This document shows positions 1 to 9,938 of a stretch of DNA of 64,000 nt, in pieces; the first letter of the stretch is position 1, and the number at the start of each line of letters is the position of its first letter. Source of the stretch: Candidatus Poribacteria bacterium (lineage in GTDB: Bacteria; Poribacteria; WGA-4E; WGA-3G); contig CAXXUA010000002.1 of the NCBI GenBank assembly GCA_963663765.2, forward strand, positions 160,001 through 224,000, given 5' to 3'. The notes under the pieces were generated by a model. That model was not told the origin of the DNA, did not search any database, and worked only from the letters and a program-made list of their open reading frames with translations. Position numbers and translations under genes: made by a program.

Positions 1-2
1 GG

Positions 3-1241
3 CAACCTCTTCCACAAGAAACATCTCTTCTTCTTGATAAACTGCGTTTCCAATATAAAGATAAGATAATTGAAAAGCGTTCATTTGAATCTTATACCTA
101 TGGGTATTGTGAATACAATGTGTATCCAAATGAGTATTATGAAAAAGAATTGGAAGTCTATTGCGGCGATATGGAACCTGAACAAGCAGCAAACTACCTG
201 GAAACTGTAGGTAGGTTTAGTCTGGCACTTCTCAAACGTTTGGATACTGTGCGCGCCTATCATTACTTAAAGACATTAGGCCATTTACCTGAATCACGTG
301 AGTATACAGAACGTGTCATCGCAGAAAATCCCGGGACACCGATTGAACTTGAAGCAAGGTATTACCTTGCTGATGTTCTGATTCCTTGGAACAAAGAATC
401 TTACTCCGAAAAAGCACAAGCGTATCAAGAGATACTTGAAATTGAACCGAATTCAATAAATGCCTTAGGATTATTAGCGAGTGCTTTGGTGCAAGATGAC
501 AAACCTGCTGAAGCAATTCCTTACTTAAAACGGGTAAATCGCCTGAATCCTGAGGCAGGATTTTTTACGTTAGGTGAAGCGTATGAAAAATTAGGGGATG
601 TTAAAACTGCTTGGACATACTACAAAAAGGCATTATCATATCCGTTTCCACCACAGACAGTATTTCTCAAGTTACATATTGAGCATATTGAAGCAGGTAA
701 TCCGATTTATAAGTCAGTGCTATCCGCGCGTGAACCTATTTCAATAGACGCACACGCGGATGAACACAGAAAGGAATCTGTTATGCCAAAAGAACATATA
801 CATCATACCGAAATTTTACCTAATGATGGCCCTTTGGCAGAACCTGATTCCACTATTCTATCGGATATCCGTGTTGAAAACGCCGAAAAGCGTCGTGCTG
901 CGGCGAAAGCAGCACAACAAGCTTACGATGATTTGCAAAAACATCAAGAACGCACACAAAAGGAACTTCAAAAGGAACTTAACGATTTTCTGCAATGGAC
1001 CGCAACGATTATAAATGCTGAATCTCCAATGGATACTAACAATTTCCTCATGAAAGAGATGGAAGCGCATCTTAAGGGGGGTCAAGCACAGTTTGAACCA
1101 GAACGTATTATCCGCGCATTTGAATACACTCACAGATACGGTGAAACGGATGGTCTCAAACATCTTCACCAAAAAGACACTAAACTCGCCAAAGAAATTC
1201 AACGGTTTAAAACGCCAGAAAAAAACTCTAATCCACTATAG
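3..1241 (+). CDS. Tetratricopeptide-repeat protein, 5'-truncated by the window edge
   Basis: TPR-like helices (ALGLLASAL, FFTLGEAYEKLGDVKTAWTYYKKAL). The frame stays open upstream of the GTG at 120 to the window start. Confidence 0.8.
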   Translation, partial: QPLPQETSLLLDKLRFQYKDKIIEKRSFESYTYGYCEYNVYPNEYYEKELEVYCGDMEPEQAANYLETVGRFSLALLKRLDTVRAYHYLKTLGHLPESREYTERVIAENPGTPIELEARYYLADVLIPWNKESYSEKAQAYQEILEIEPNSINALGLLASALVQDDKPAEAIPYLKRVNRLNPEAGFFTLGEAYEKLGDVKTAWTYYKKALSYPFPPQTVFLKLHIEHIEAGNPIYKSVLSAREPISIDAHADEHRKESVMPKEHIHHTEILPNDGPLAEPDSTILSDIRVENAEKRRAAAKAAQQAYDDLQKHQERTQKELQKELNDFLQWTATIINAESPMDTNNFLMKEMEAHLKGGQAQFEPERIIRAFEYTHRYGETDGLKHLHQKDTKLAKEIQRFKTPEKNSNPL

Positions 1242-1591
1242 GATTTACAATCACACAACTACACATCATAATAACATTTTTCAAACAATCAAGCTACAAG
1301 CATTTTCGAGATTTCATTGATAACAATATCTTCCGTCCTCTCGGATGGAAACCTACCAAAAAACCACCGAACTATTCCCTCATCGGCACTGCTGTTTCTG
1401 AAAATACAGAAGAATCTAAGGCATTTATAGTGGATCGACATACAAATCAGATGCGTACTGTCAAAGTAGGTGACACCATCGGAGAAGCATTAGTAAAAGT
1501 CATTGAAGCAAAACGTGTCCTATTAAACGCAACAGGAAAAGAGATTGTGGTGCATTGCGGAAAAATGCAGTTCTTGACGCGCTTTCGGTAA
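1238..1591 (+). CDS. Small unannotated ORF or pseudogene, GspC/PilP-like beta domain
   Basis: Open frame reads IDNNIFRPLGWKP...SLIGTAVSE...KAFIVD...VKVGDTIGEALVKVIEAKRVLL to TAA at 1589-1591. It has no ATG/GTG/TTG start near the 5' end. Confidence 0.45.
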   Translation: MGFTITQLHIIITFFKQSSYKHFRDFIDNNIFRPLGWKPTKKPPNYSLIGTAVSENTEESKAFIVDRHTNQMRTVKVGDTIGEALVKVIEAKRVLLNATGKEIVVHCGKMQFLTRFR

Positions 1592-1726
1592 TGGCAAAAC
1601 ATGCCTTAATGTATATGGAAATTAAAACCACTATTCTGTTGAAGTTCTGTAGAAGCAATCCTACAATTTAGCTGAAAAATACGACAACTGAATGACTCTG
1701 GATTTGTATTGCATATTAGCGAAGTT

Positions 1727-3328
1727 TTACTTAAAAATCGGTAATATAAAGGGCTCAATAACCTTTATGTAGATTGATATAACTGCAAAAATAGAATAGA
1801 ATCCAGCACACAACAGCAAACCTATCTGCTTCCAAATCGGCGGTTGTATCTCTTTTGGAAGGAATCTTCTATTGACAATAAACGTATGGATTGAACACAT
1901 GACTAACTGAAAACCACCAATTGTTGCCGAAACAATAATCATAAAGAGCGGTTTTGCCAAATACATAGCGATGACACCCCACACAATATAGACCGCAAGA
2001 ATAGGATAGTATATCCATTTTGCATCATGTTCGTCCATTTTTCTCGCGTTACTAAAACCTGTCCAAATTATGTCCGTAAAACGTCTTGGAACACCATCAA
2101 CCCCTCCCAGTTGTGTTGAGAACAACACCCAAAATCCACATAACAACGTCAGGTACCACAAAACTCTACCACCAACTTGTGCTAATCCAGGAGAATCGAA
2201 TGTAGATTCTAACTCTAAAGCCACTTTCTCGGAGAGTCCCTCGGCTTGGATTGCCGCCGCATCCCATTGACCAATTTTTTCACCAGAGTCAACATAAGCT
2301 ATCGTTAACATTGCAGGTAGTGCCAAACCGATAAAGCATCCTATCAGCCAGATATAATATTGCTCAAATCGGACATACTTCCACCATTCGCGGAATCGTT
2401 CCAAATTCTCAGGTGTAATGCGAAAGACTTTACCCAAATGGGATAGTTTTACATGCTGACCACCGATGATGGAAGGGATTGCCCCCACCAGACTTCCCAT
2501 ACCCCAACCCTTATCTCTTACATAATTGGAAATCGTAATGTTGCCCAAACCACCACTACCAGCATAAGCGGCAAATGCACCGAGTAATAACCAATCAAAA
2601 TCTGCGCTCATTATATCATCAGGCAGCGCACCAAAACTAAAGAAACCTTTTATCACAACCCACCATGTTTTTGGTGGCACAAGAAATAGATCTACGACGA
2701 CCAAATATCCAATAATCCACACGACCATAAAAAGTAACACTTTTTCAAGAGCGTTGTATATCTTTTTACCGAACATCACAATGGCGATACAACCAAAAAA
2801 GATCAAGTATGCGAAAATCCTTACTGTATTCTTATCCGATGCGATCTGTGCCAACACAGCAGGATCATCAGCACCACCAGCCGTAGGAATTACACTCGTC
2901 GGCATGTGTCCCAACCAAGCTGCTGCCAATGCTGTCGCAGCAGTCATCGCCCATGCTGGCCAGATACTAAAAAAGTCAACACTAGAATACAAAATCGCCC
3001 AAAACCGTGGTCCTGGCTTACAACGCATGTATCCACTCAACATCGGTTCGCCGGTATATAACGTGTAGCGGATCGCCTCAGTGTTAAGAAATGATTGAAG
3101 TACAATAGAAATCGTTGCAATCCAAAGCAGTGTACCACCATATTGTGCCGTTATCGCAGGACCTAACAACCATTCCCCACTGCCGATAGATGCTCCCAAG
3201 GCAATAATTCCAGGACCAAGTATGCCAGCAAATGCTAAACCAAACTTATATCGTGGAGGTGCAGGTAAATTTGTAACTTCCCAATCGGGTAGTGTTCCAC
3301 CATCAACACGTTCATTCGTTTCTTCCAT
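1727..3328 (-). CDS. Nramp/APC-superfamily membrane transporter
   Basis: Many TM segments, N-terminal LGPGIIALGASIGSGEW motif, GGAG RBS upstream. Confidence 0.8.
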   Translation of the reverse strand: MEETNERVDGGTLPDWEVTNLPAPPRYKFGLAFAGILGPGIIALGASIGSGEWLLGPAITAQYGGTLLWIATISIVLQSFLNTEAIRYTLYTGEPMLSGYMRCKPGPRFWAILYSSVDFFSIWPAWAMTAATALAAAWLGHMPTSVIPTAGGADDPAVLAQIASDKNTVRIFAYLIFFGCIAIVMFGKKIYNALEKVLLFMVVWIIGYLVVVDLFLVPPKTWWVVIKGFFSFGALPDDIMSADFDWLLLGAFAAYAGSGGLGNITISNYVRDKGWGMGSLVGAIPSIIGGQHVKLSHLGKVFRITPENLERFREWWKYVRFEQYYIWLIGCFIGLALPAMLTIAYVDSGEKIGQWDAAAIQAEGLSEKVALELESTFDSPGLAQVGGRVLWYLTLLCGFWVLFSTQLGGVDGVPRRFTDIIWTGFSNARKMDEHDAKWIYYPILAVYIVWGVIAMYLAKPLFMIIVSATIGGFQLVMCSIHTFIVNRRFLPKEIQPPIWKQIGLLLCAGFYSIFAVISIYIKVIEPFILPIFK

Positions 3329-3864
3329 AGGTCACTCCTAATCATATCAAGACTATAACCCTTATTTTACTAAATAGGAAGTTATGAATCAAGAAGAATA
3401 TCTATAATCATCCATAGAAAATCAAAAAAATGAAATACTCATCACATTATACAAATATTTACTTGACAAACACATTTTATATATATGTTATAATTGTAAT
3501 TACATAACGAACATCAATGAAAAATGTCTCTAAATCTGTAAAAAATATGCAATATGAACTGCGAAAAAACCAAAACTCAAGAATGTTACACTTTCCAAAA
3601 ATTATATTTTTTAATTCTCACAAATTAGCACATAAAATACCTATAAACCCTTACTATAACTGGGTTTTAGTCCAAATATTAAGAGTTACCAAAAAAACGA
3701 AAAGAGTGTCCATTTGGAAACTTTTTAAGGTAGGGGCAACACATGAAATGCTGAGAAAAACTCAAAAATTCAACATCAATGTTTCGTAAATGCAAATATA
3801 ATGCTTTTGGCAAGGTGTTGTCTGAATCACCAAATCAATAATAATAATCATGGCAATTACCATG

Positions 3865-4097
3865 CGGGGAATGCCTACCGTTGGAGAAATATATGATTAC
3901 CCGATTAATAAATTAATCTTCAATAGGGACAATATGTTTATTCTTCTATGTCGTTCCTACGGAACTCAATTGGGGTGGAAAACATTTTCTATAAAAATAG
4001 CGTCCCTTCGGGACTATAGACACATACAAGAGGGTATCACATAAAATTAACGACATAGCAAAATATTATCAAAAATATTGAAAACTAAATAATCCTG
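3865..4097 (-). repeat. Degenerate repeat cluster: partial CAGG-TIR MITE with GTCCC-TAC-GGGAC-type palindromes
   Basis: The reverse complement of ~3930-4097 matches the left part of the elements at 21521 and 39918. 3872-3925 matches 19694-19747 inverted. Confidence 0.75.
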
Positions 4098-4190
4098 TCC
4101 TCCATATTTTCTTGATTATCTCCATAATGTATGCTATATTATGTAAGGGCAAATTACCTAACACCTTAGGTTTTAGTTAAGGAAAGATTC

Positions 4191-4952
4191 ATGGGAATCA
4201 CAAATTGGTTAAACACAAATAGTGGCGTAGTCATTGGGATTGCAACTGTTGTCCTTGTGGGCATAACAGGTTATTATGCTTATCTAACGTGGAAAATGCT
4301 AAAAGCATCTAACACACCAGAAATCGCGATCTCACTACGTCCTCATGAAGCATATATCCATTGTGTTATGCTTTGCATAGAGAACATAGGTACAGGCGCA
4401 GCTCATGATCTACAATTCACAATAAATCCTCCTTCTATAGAACATCTTGACATACCATTTGAGAAAATCGGGTTCCTCAAATGCGGAATTGCTTACTTTG
4501 AACCCGGACGGAAAATTGAACAGTTTATAGTGAGTGTGACGAATAAGTTTGATGAACTAAAACAGACACCTTTTGAGATTGGTATAACGTATAGAGATTC
4601 TGTGAAACTTAAACATCACCGTTCTTTTCATCTTGATTTCGGTCTGAACGAAGGCATGGCACACATTGACAGACCACCACTTTTTGAGATTGCCAAATCT
4701 ACGAAAGAAATGCAAAGAGATATACGTAATTTCGTAACTGGTATTTATAAACCTACAATTCTCACAGAATCAACTTCTGAGCATCCCCTAAGACAGCCTA
4801 CCAATACACTTGAGACACGTATTGAACAACTCCCGAACGAGGTTCAAAAGAAAATATTACAAGAATTTTCTAATCTTGTCACGAAGTGGGAAGAGAAAGT
4901 ACGAGGAAACGAACAGAATGAGGAAACAATAACGGTTGAAGATATATCATAA
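4191..4952 (+). CDS. Hypothetical protein with N-terminal TM helix
   Basis: 253-aa ORF, AAGGA RBS, hydrophobic VVIGIATVVLVGITGYY segment. Confidence 0.75.
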   Translation: MGITNWLNTNSGVVIGIATVVLVGITGYYAYLTWKMLKASNTPEIAISLRPHEAYIHCVMLCIENIGTGAAHDLQFTINPPSIEHLDIPFEKIGFLKCGIAYFEPGRKIEQFIVSVTNKFDELKQTPFEIGITYRDSVKLKHHRSFHLDFGLNEGMAHIDRPPLFEIAKSTKEMQRDIRNFVTGIYKPTILTESTSEHPLRQPTNTLETRIEQLPNEVQKKILQEFSNLVTKWEEKVRGNEQNEETITVEDIS

Positions 4953-4968
4953 ATAGGAGATTAAATAG

Positions 4969-5199
4969 ATGACAGTTAATGTTCATATCTTCCCAAATGA
5001 ACAGTTATTATTGAAAATTCCTGATGACATTGAGGTGACTTCTGTGGGTAACAATCAGATATTATCACATAAGGAATTTAAAGTCGCATTAGAGAGATTA
5101 AATGCTTTAGTGAAAAAAATTGACGGTCCTGATGCTCAACCATTATCCGATAATGCAATGAGCCGCGAGAGCATATACGAAAATTACCCAAAACTATGA
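4969..5199 (+). CDS. Putative antitoxin (VapB-like)
   Basis: 76 aa, AGGAG RBS, ATGA overlap with the PIN toxin, C-terminal LSDNAMSRESIY motif. Confidence 0.7.
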   Translation: MTVNVHIFPNEQLLLKIPDDIEVTSVGNNQILSHKEFKVALERLNALVKKIDGPDAQPLSDNAMSRESIYENYPKL

Positions 5200-5639
5200 T
5201 ATTTCTGCTTGATACCAATGTTTTGTTGCGAATTACACGAAGTGCCGATCCGCTACATCAAATTGTTCATAATGCAGTGGACAAATTAGAGGAAGATGGT
5301 TATGAGTTACGGACAACATCACAAAATTACGCGGAATTCTGGAACGTGTCAACTCGTCCTGCTAACCAAAACGGTTTTGGACGCACAATACTTGAAACAG
5401 ACGATATTTTGTCTCAATTAGAGCGACTTTTCCCTTTGCTACAGGATTTACCTGAAATGTACCCCAAATGGAGACAACTTGTTGTAGATTATGAAGTATC
5501 AGGCGTTAAAGTTCATGATGTTCGATTAGTCGCATTAATGATTACTCATAATGTAACACATATCTTGACCTTCAACACTTCAGATTTTATCCGGTACGCT
5601 TCCGAAGGAATTGTGGCAATTGACCCAATAGTTGCTTAG
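5196..5639 (+). CDS. vapC: PIN-domain (VapC-like) toxin
   Basis: LLDTNVL, acidic E in AEFW, HDVRLVA and LTFNTSDF motifs. Confidence 0.88.
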   Translation: MIFLLDTNVLLRITRSADPLHQIVHNAVDKLEEDGYELRTTSQNYAEFWNVSTRPANQNGFGRTILETDDILSQLERLFPLLQDLPEMYPKWRQLVVDYEVSGVKVHDVRLVALMITHNVTHILTFNTSDFIRYASEGIVAIDPIVA

Positions 5640-5717
5640 TAAAGTAGGTAATAACATTTCTAAACGCAATAAGTAGTTTTGGACTTTCAATAAACATGAT
5701 AAAATGCTAAAATACCC

Positions 5718-5746
5718 TTGTGTAGACTGGGTTTATATGGTATAAT
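5718..5746 (+). promoter_or_regulatory. Sigma70-type promoter of the IS1595 transposase
   Basis: TTGTGT-17 bp-TATAAT with an extended -10 TG. Confidence 0.6.
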
Positions 5747-5876
5747 ATAGATAAGAAAATAGGGGGTTGTCAAACCCCCTAAATGAACACAAAAAGCGAG
5801 TTGCTTTTTGACGGTTCTTAACTTATCTGGTATTGTATCAGAAATCCGTCAGAAAAAGCAACTCCTAATCAAGGAG

Positions 5877-7334
5877 GGGTGTGTAAAGTTTTTGTCACAA
5901 GAATGTACTGAATACAGATCTTGCTTAGTATTAGGTTAAATGGTATCCTTCTAAAAAACACTTTTTTATCAGAGAGGATACCAATGTTTAGTATATCATT
6001 AGCAAGTTGTGAAGTCGAAGAGTTTAGAGAAGATGCAATCCATTTTGTAGAAAAGATCAATAATGTTTTACACACCCTTAGTTCAGACAGTCTTTATGTA
6101 GACGCTATGGAGATAATAGCCTTAGAGACGATGCGTTCGTTAGGTCAAATGATGTTAGAAATGGGTGTTCTCAAACATTCCGTTGAACAAGTTTCTGGAT
6201 CTGTTGAATGTCCACAATGTCAACAAGCGTGTCGTCCGTATCGTAAAAGAGAACGCCGTATTACGACGCTATGTGGTGTTATTCGTGTTGACCGTTGGGT
6301 GTATCGTTGTGCTTCGGGTCATTATCATTTTCCGTGGGATACGAAAGAAAAGTTGAAAGGTCAATACACACATCGTGTAGCTGAAGTGATGTGTCGTATG
6401 TCTGCGCGTCTTGACTTCAGGGAGGCAGCAGAGGAGTTGTTTCGTCAAGGGATAGAAGTCAGTCATACGACCCTCAATCAAAATGTGCGTGAATGGTCAA
6501 AAGCGTTGCGGGATTCACAACAAGTGGAAACACAAAAACTTGAGGCAAATCAGCGTTGGTATGTGAGTTGTGATGGATGCCACACCAACTCACAAGAGGG
6601 GTGGAAAGAAACCAAAGTTGGTTGTATTTATAGAGATTATCCACAACCTCCAAATAGTTCTGGTGCGACACCGAGTGCGAGAACACCAAGCATTCGTTAT
6701 GTTGCGGAGCGTGAGAATGCTGCTCATTTCGGTAAAGCGTTGTATAAGTTAGCAACGCAGAGCGGCATCTATCAAGAAGATATAGGCACGCAAGAGGTCG
6801 TGTTTATCGGAGATGGAGCGGCGTGGATATGGAACTTAGCGGCTGAATACTTCCCGAATGCTGTAGAGATTGTGGATTACATGCATGCCAAATCACATCT
6901 TTATGATGTGGCTAAAGTTGCCTTTGGTGAGACAGAAACAGAAGACGTAGAAACTTGGGTCACAGAGACAGAACCCTTTCTTTTTGATGGCAACATTCCA
7001 GAAGTTGTCTCACGTATCCGTGCTTTAGCCACACAGCACCCAGACGTTTGTGAGATTTTAGTAAGAGAAACAGGTTATTTTGAAAAACACGCGAAACGGA
7101 TGCAATATAAAACGTTTAGAGATAAGGGGTATCAGGTTGGGAGTGGTGTGATTGAGAGTGCGTGTAAACATGTTGTGGGACAAAGGTGTAAACAAGCTTC
7201 TATGAGATGGGAGAAACCGGGTATTAATGCTGTTCTAAGTTGGAGATGTCTGTTGAAGAATAATGCCTGGGACAGATATTGGTATCCAGACACAAAAGCC
7301 GCATAACACTTAGTGACAAAAACTTTACACACCC
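5877..7334 (+). mobile_element. ISKra4-family insertion sequence
   Basis: 22-bp TIR GGGTGTGTAAAGTTTTTGTCAC at both ends. 8-bp TSD TCAAGGAG at 5869-5876 and 7335-7342. Confidence 0.93.
5984..7306 (+). CDS. ISKra4-family (UPF0236) DDE transposase
   Basis: CxxC zinc ribbon, SCDG, GDGAAWIW, DYMHA and GSGVIESACK motifs. The ATG at 5984 follows GAGAGGA and is preferred over the TTG at 5921. Confidence 0.9.
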   Translation: MFSISLASCEVEEFREDAIHFVEKINNVLHTLSSDSLYVDAMEIIALETMRSLGQMMLEMGVLKHSVEQVSGSVECPQCQQACRPYRKRERRITTLCGVIRVDRWVYRCASGHYHFPWDTKEKLKGQYTHRVAEVMCRMSARLDFREAAEELFRQGIEVSHTTLNQNVREWSKALRDSQQVETQKLEANQRWYVSCDGCHTNSQEGWKETKVGCIYRDYPQPPNSSGATPSARTPSIRYVAERENAAHFGKALYKLATQSGIYQEDIGTQEVVFIGDGAAWIWNLAAEYFPNAVEIVDYMHAKSHLYDVAKVAFGETETEDVETWVTETEPFLFDGNIPEVVSRIRALATQHPDVCEILVRETGYFEKHAKRMQYKTFRDKGYQVGSGVIESACKHVVGQRCKQASMRWEKPGINAVLSWRCLLKNNAWDRYWYPDTKAA

Positions 7335-7349
7335 TCAAGGAGTATTCTG

Positions 7350-8228
7350 ATGGATTTGTTGAAAGTGATGGAGCGTTTCCCTGATCAAGAGTCTTGTATT
7401 GAGCATTTAGAGAGGATTCGGTGGAAAGGCAAACCGAAGTGTCCGCATTGTGAAAGTGAGGTTGTCCGAAAGCGAACAGAGGAAGAATTGGGGCGTATCG
7501 GTCGTTGGCAATGTCATGATTGCACTGCAACATTCAAGGTGACGTGCAAGACAGTGTTTCACGGGACAAAGATAGGGTTACAGAAATGGTTTCTGGCGAT
7601 TTCGTTGATTATGAATGCGAAGAAGTCGTTATCCAGTTATCAGTTATCTCGCGATTTAGAGTTGAATCAAAAGACTGCTTGGTATATCATGACACGTATA
7701 CGTGCGGAGATGGCTAAGGATCGCGTGGTGCTACAAGGTATCATTGAAGCAGATGAAACCTATATCGGTGGTAAACCTCGCAAAGCAAACAAAAAGGTAG
7801 ATAGAAAACCTGCGAAACGCGGTCGTGGAACGGAAAAAACTGCCATTCTGGGAGCAGTTGAACGCGGGGGTAAGGTTGTCGCAAGGATGGCAAAAGAACT
7901 AACGGGACGTGCTATCCTGGGCTTTATTCAGAACGTTGTGAATATGAAAGACTCTACGTTGATGACGGATGAATATAGAGCATATCTGTCGCTTGGACAC
8001 AAGATGCAACATTATATCATCAATCACCAGGAGCAATATGTTGAAGGTGACGTCCATACAAACACAATTGAGGGATTTTGGAGTCTACTTAAACGGGCGT
8101 GGTATGGAAGTCACCACCATTACCAAACAGAATACATCCCCTTGTATGTGGCAGAGGCGTGCTATAAGTATAACTATAGGAGCGTTAACAGCATTTTTGA
8201 TAAGTTTGTCAATGAAAGTATGCGATGA
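7350..8228 (+). CDS. IS1595-family (ISXO2-like) DDE transposase
   Basis: CPHC...CHDC zinc ribbon, EADETYIGG, TDE and HTNTIEGFWSLLKR motifs. Confidence 0.93.
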   Translation: MDLLKVMERFPDQESCIEHLERIRWKGKPKCPHCESEVVRKRTEEELGRIGRWQCHDCTATFKVTCKTVFHGTKIGLQKWFLAISLIMNAKKSLSSYQLSRDLELNQKTAWYIMTRIRAEMAKDRVVLQGIIEADETYIGGKPRKANKKVDRKPAKRGRGTEKTAILGAVERGGKVVARMAKELTGRAILGFIQNVVNMKDSTLMTDEYRAYLSLGHKMQHYIINHQEQYVEGDVHTNTIEGFWSLLKRAWYGSHHHYQTEYIPLYVAEACYKYNYRSVNSIFDKFVNESMR

Positions 8229-8609
8229 TGGATAGTAGAAAATCTATGGCAAAAGTATTGAAGAGAACGGATTTGACAAAGACAGTAATGATCCTTTGAA
8301 ATCTGTTTTTTATGAAAGTGAGCATTTAGAAGAACTGTGTCTTGTAAGCCATTATTTGTCAGAAACATTGTCCCACCATATTGCTAAGAACGAACTGATT
8401 CATGATGCAGAGGGTTTGGAGACATCCAGTGTGCCTGATGAGTTTTAAGGGATTTTTGCAAGTCCAAAACTACTTATTGCGTTTCTAAATAATAATGTCT
8501 CATTGCAAAATTGGAAGAAACCCCACCCTCCCATACGCTATCGCTATGGGAACCCTTCCCTTTTGTCAGTGGGACTTTAAGAAATCCTTTATGACAGTTT
8601 CTTAAATAG

Positions 8610-8732
8610 CAGGACTTACGCACACAACGGTAGGCGTGCTTTGTAAGCGCGCCGGAAAACCATAAAAACGCTGATAATGGCGTCATTTTCATCATAATTT
8701 TTGATTAAATCAAGAAAACTACGTAAGTCCTG
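8610..8732 (+). mobile_element. MITE, CAGGACTTACG-TIR family (empty allele)
   Basis: TIRs CAGGACTTACG/CGTAAGTCCTG, 5-bp TSD AATAG. Confidence 0.9.
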
Positions 8733-8768
8733 AATAGAAATGGTATAATATAGTAAAAAGAGGCATGC

Positions 8769-9938
8769 ATGCACATATTGCACACAGCCGATTGGCATAT
8801 CGGACAAAAACTCTATGAACGACAACGAATTGAAGAACATGAACAGTTTTTGAATTGGTTACTAAAAACAATAATACAAAAGAATGTTGAACTCCTCCTC
8901 GTTTCTGGCGACATATTTGATACATCCCTGCCATCAGCAGATGCAACAAATCTTTATTACCGTTTTCTCCATCAACTCTATTCGGAAACAGAAACGCACA
9001 CAATCATCATCGCCGGAAACCATGACTCTCCCCGACACTTAGAAGCACCACGCGAGTTTCTCAAAATGGGACGGATCCACGTCATCGGTCTTGCAAATGA
9101 ACCAGCAGAATGTATAATTAATATTCCACCGGACGATCCTCAAGTCTCTGTTGCAGCCTTACCATTTCTGTCCGAAAATGATCTCCCCCATGTTTCTTAT
9201 GAATCTGAGATAGAGAAAAGTGAACGATACCGCGAACGACTTAAGTCCTTTTATGCTGATTGTGTAGCTCTAATGCCAAAGATACTTCCAAAGATTCTGA
9301 TGGGACACCTATTTGTTCACGGTGGAAAAGAGACAAAATCTGAACGAAATATACAAATCGGAGGAGCAACTGCAATACGTGTCAGCGACTTCCCTGATGA
9401 TGTTGATTATGTTGCACTGGGACATCTACACCGACCACAAACTCTAAAAAACAAAAATTATCCAATATGCTATTCTGGTTCACCCATACCCATGAGGTTT
9501 AATGAGGCAAGTTATCGGAAAAAAGTATCGCTTCTGGAAATCACTGATGAAGGTGAGTTGTCATTAGCTGAAGATATTGAAATACCTGTTTTCAAAGAAC
9601 TGTGTACTGTAGAAGGTGATGAAAACGAGGTTAAGATGCAAGCACTATCAGAGAATTGGAACGATAAATATATCCAAGTCAAATTGACATTAAACGCTGT
9701 AGCATTAGGTATTAACGATGAAATTCGGGGTGTATTTGAGGAACGGGGTGGTGATGTCCTTAGTGTTGAGATTGAGTTGCCTCAAGCAATAAAAACACAA
9801 AAAATAAAAATAGAGGATATGAAACAACCCACAGATATTTTCCAACAATTTCACCAAGAACAATTTGGCAAAAAACCAGACGAATCTATGTTAAATACAT
9901 TTAAGGATTTAGTCCAATTAGTTGAAGAAACACCATGA
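8769..9938 (+). CDS. sbcD: Exonuclease SbcCD subunit D
   Basis: HTADWHIG, GDIFD, GNHDS, GHLF and ALGHLH phosphoesterase motifs; adjacent to sbcC. Confidence 0.95.
   Translation: MHILHTADWHIGQKLYERQRIEEHEQFLNWLLKTIIQKNVELLLVSGDIFDTSLPSADATNLYYRFLHQLYSETETHTIIIAGNHDSPRHLEAPREFLKMGRIHVIGLANEPAECIINIPPDDPQVSVAALPFLSENDLPHVSYESEIEKSERYRERLKSFYADCVALMPKILPKILMGHLFVHGGKETKSERNIQIGGATAIRVSDFPDDVDYVALGHLHRPQTLKNKNYPICYSGSPIPMRFNEASYRKKVSLLEITDEGELSLAEDIEIPVFKELCTVEGDENEVKMQALSENWNDKYIQVKLTLNAVALGINDEIRGVFEERGGDVLSVEIELPQAIKTQKIKIEDMKQPTDIFQQFHQEQFGKKPDESMLNTFKDLVQLVEETP

Larger units (their letters stand above)
5665..8481 (+). mobile_element. IS1595-family insertion sequence, interrupted by ISKra4
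   Basis: TIR CGCAATAAGTAGTTTTGGACT at 5665-5685 and inverted at 8461-8481. 8-bp TSD TTTCTAAA at 5657-5664 and 8482-8489. Confidence 0.92.

Noticed and set aside
3517-4044. ORFs 3517-3789 and 3850-4044
   Set aside because: They are AT-rich or repeat-derived, with no recognisable RBS or motif.
8225-8447. Passenger gene inside IS1595
   Set aside because: The open frame lacks a credible start, so it is at most a remnant.
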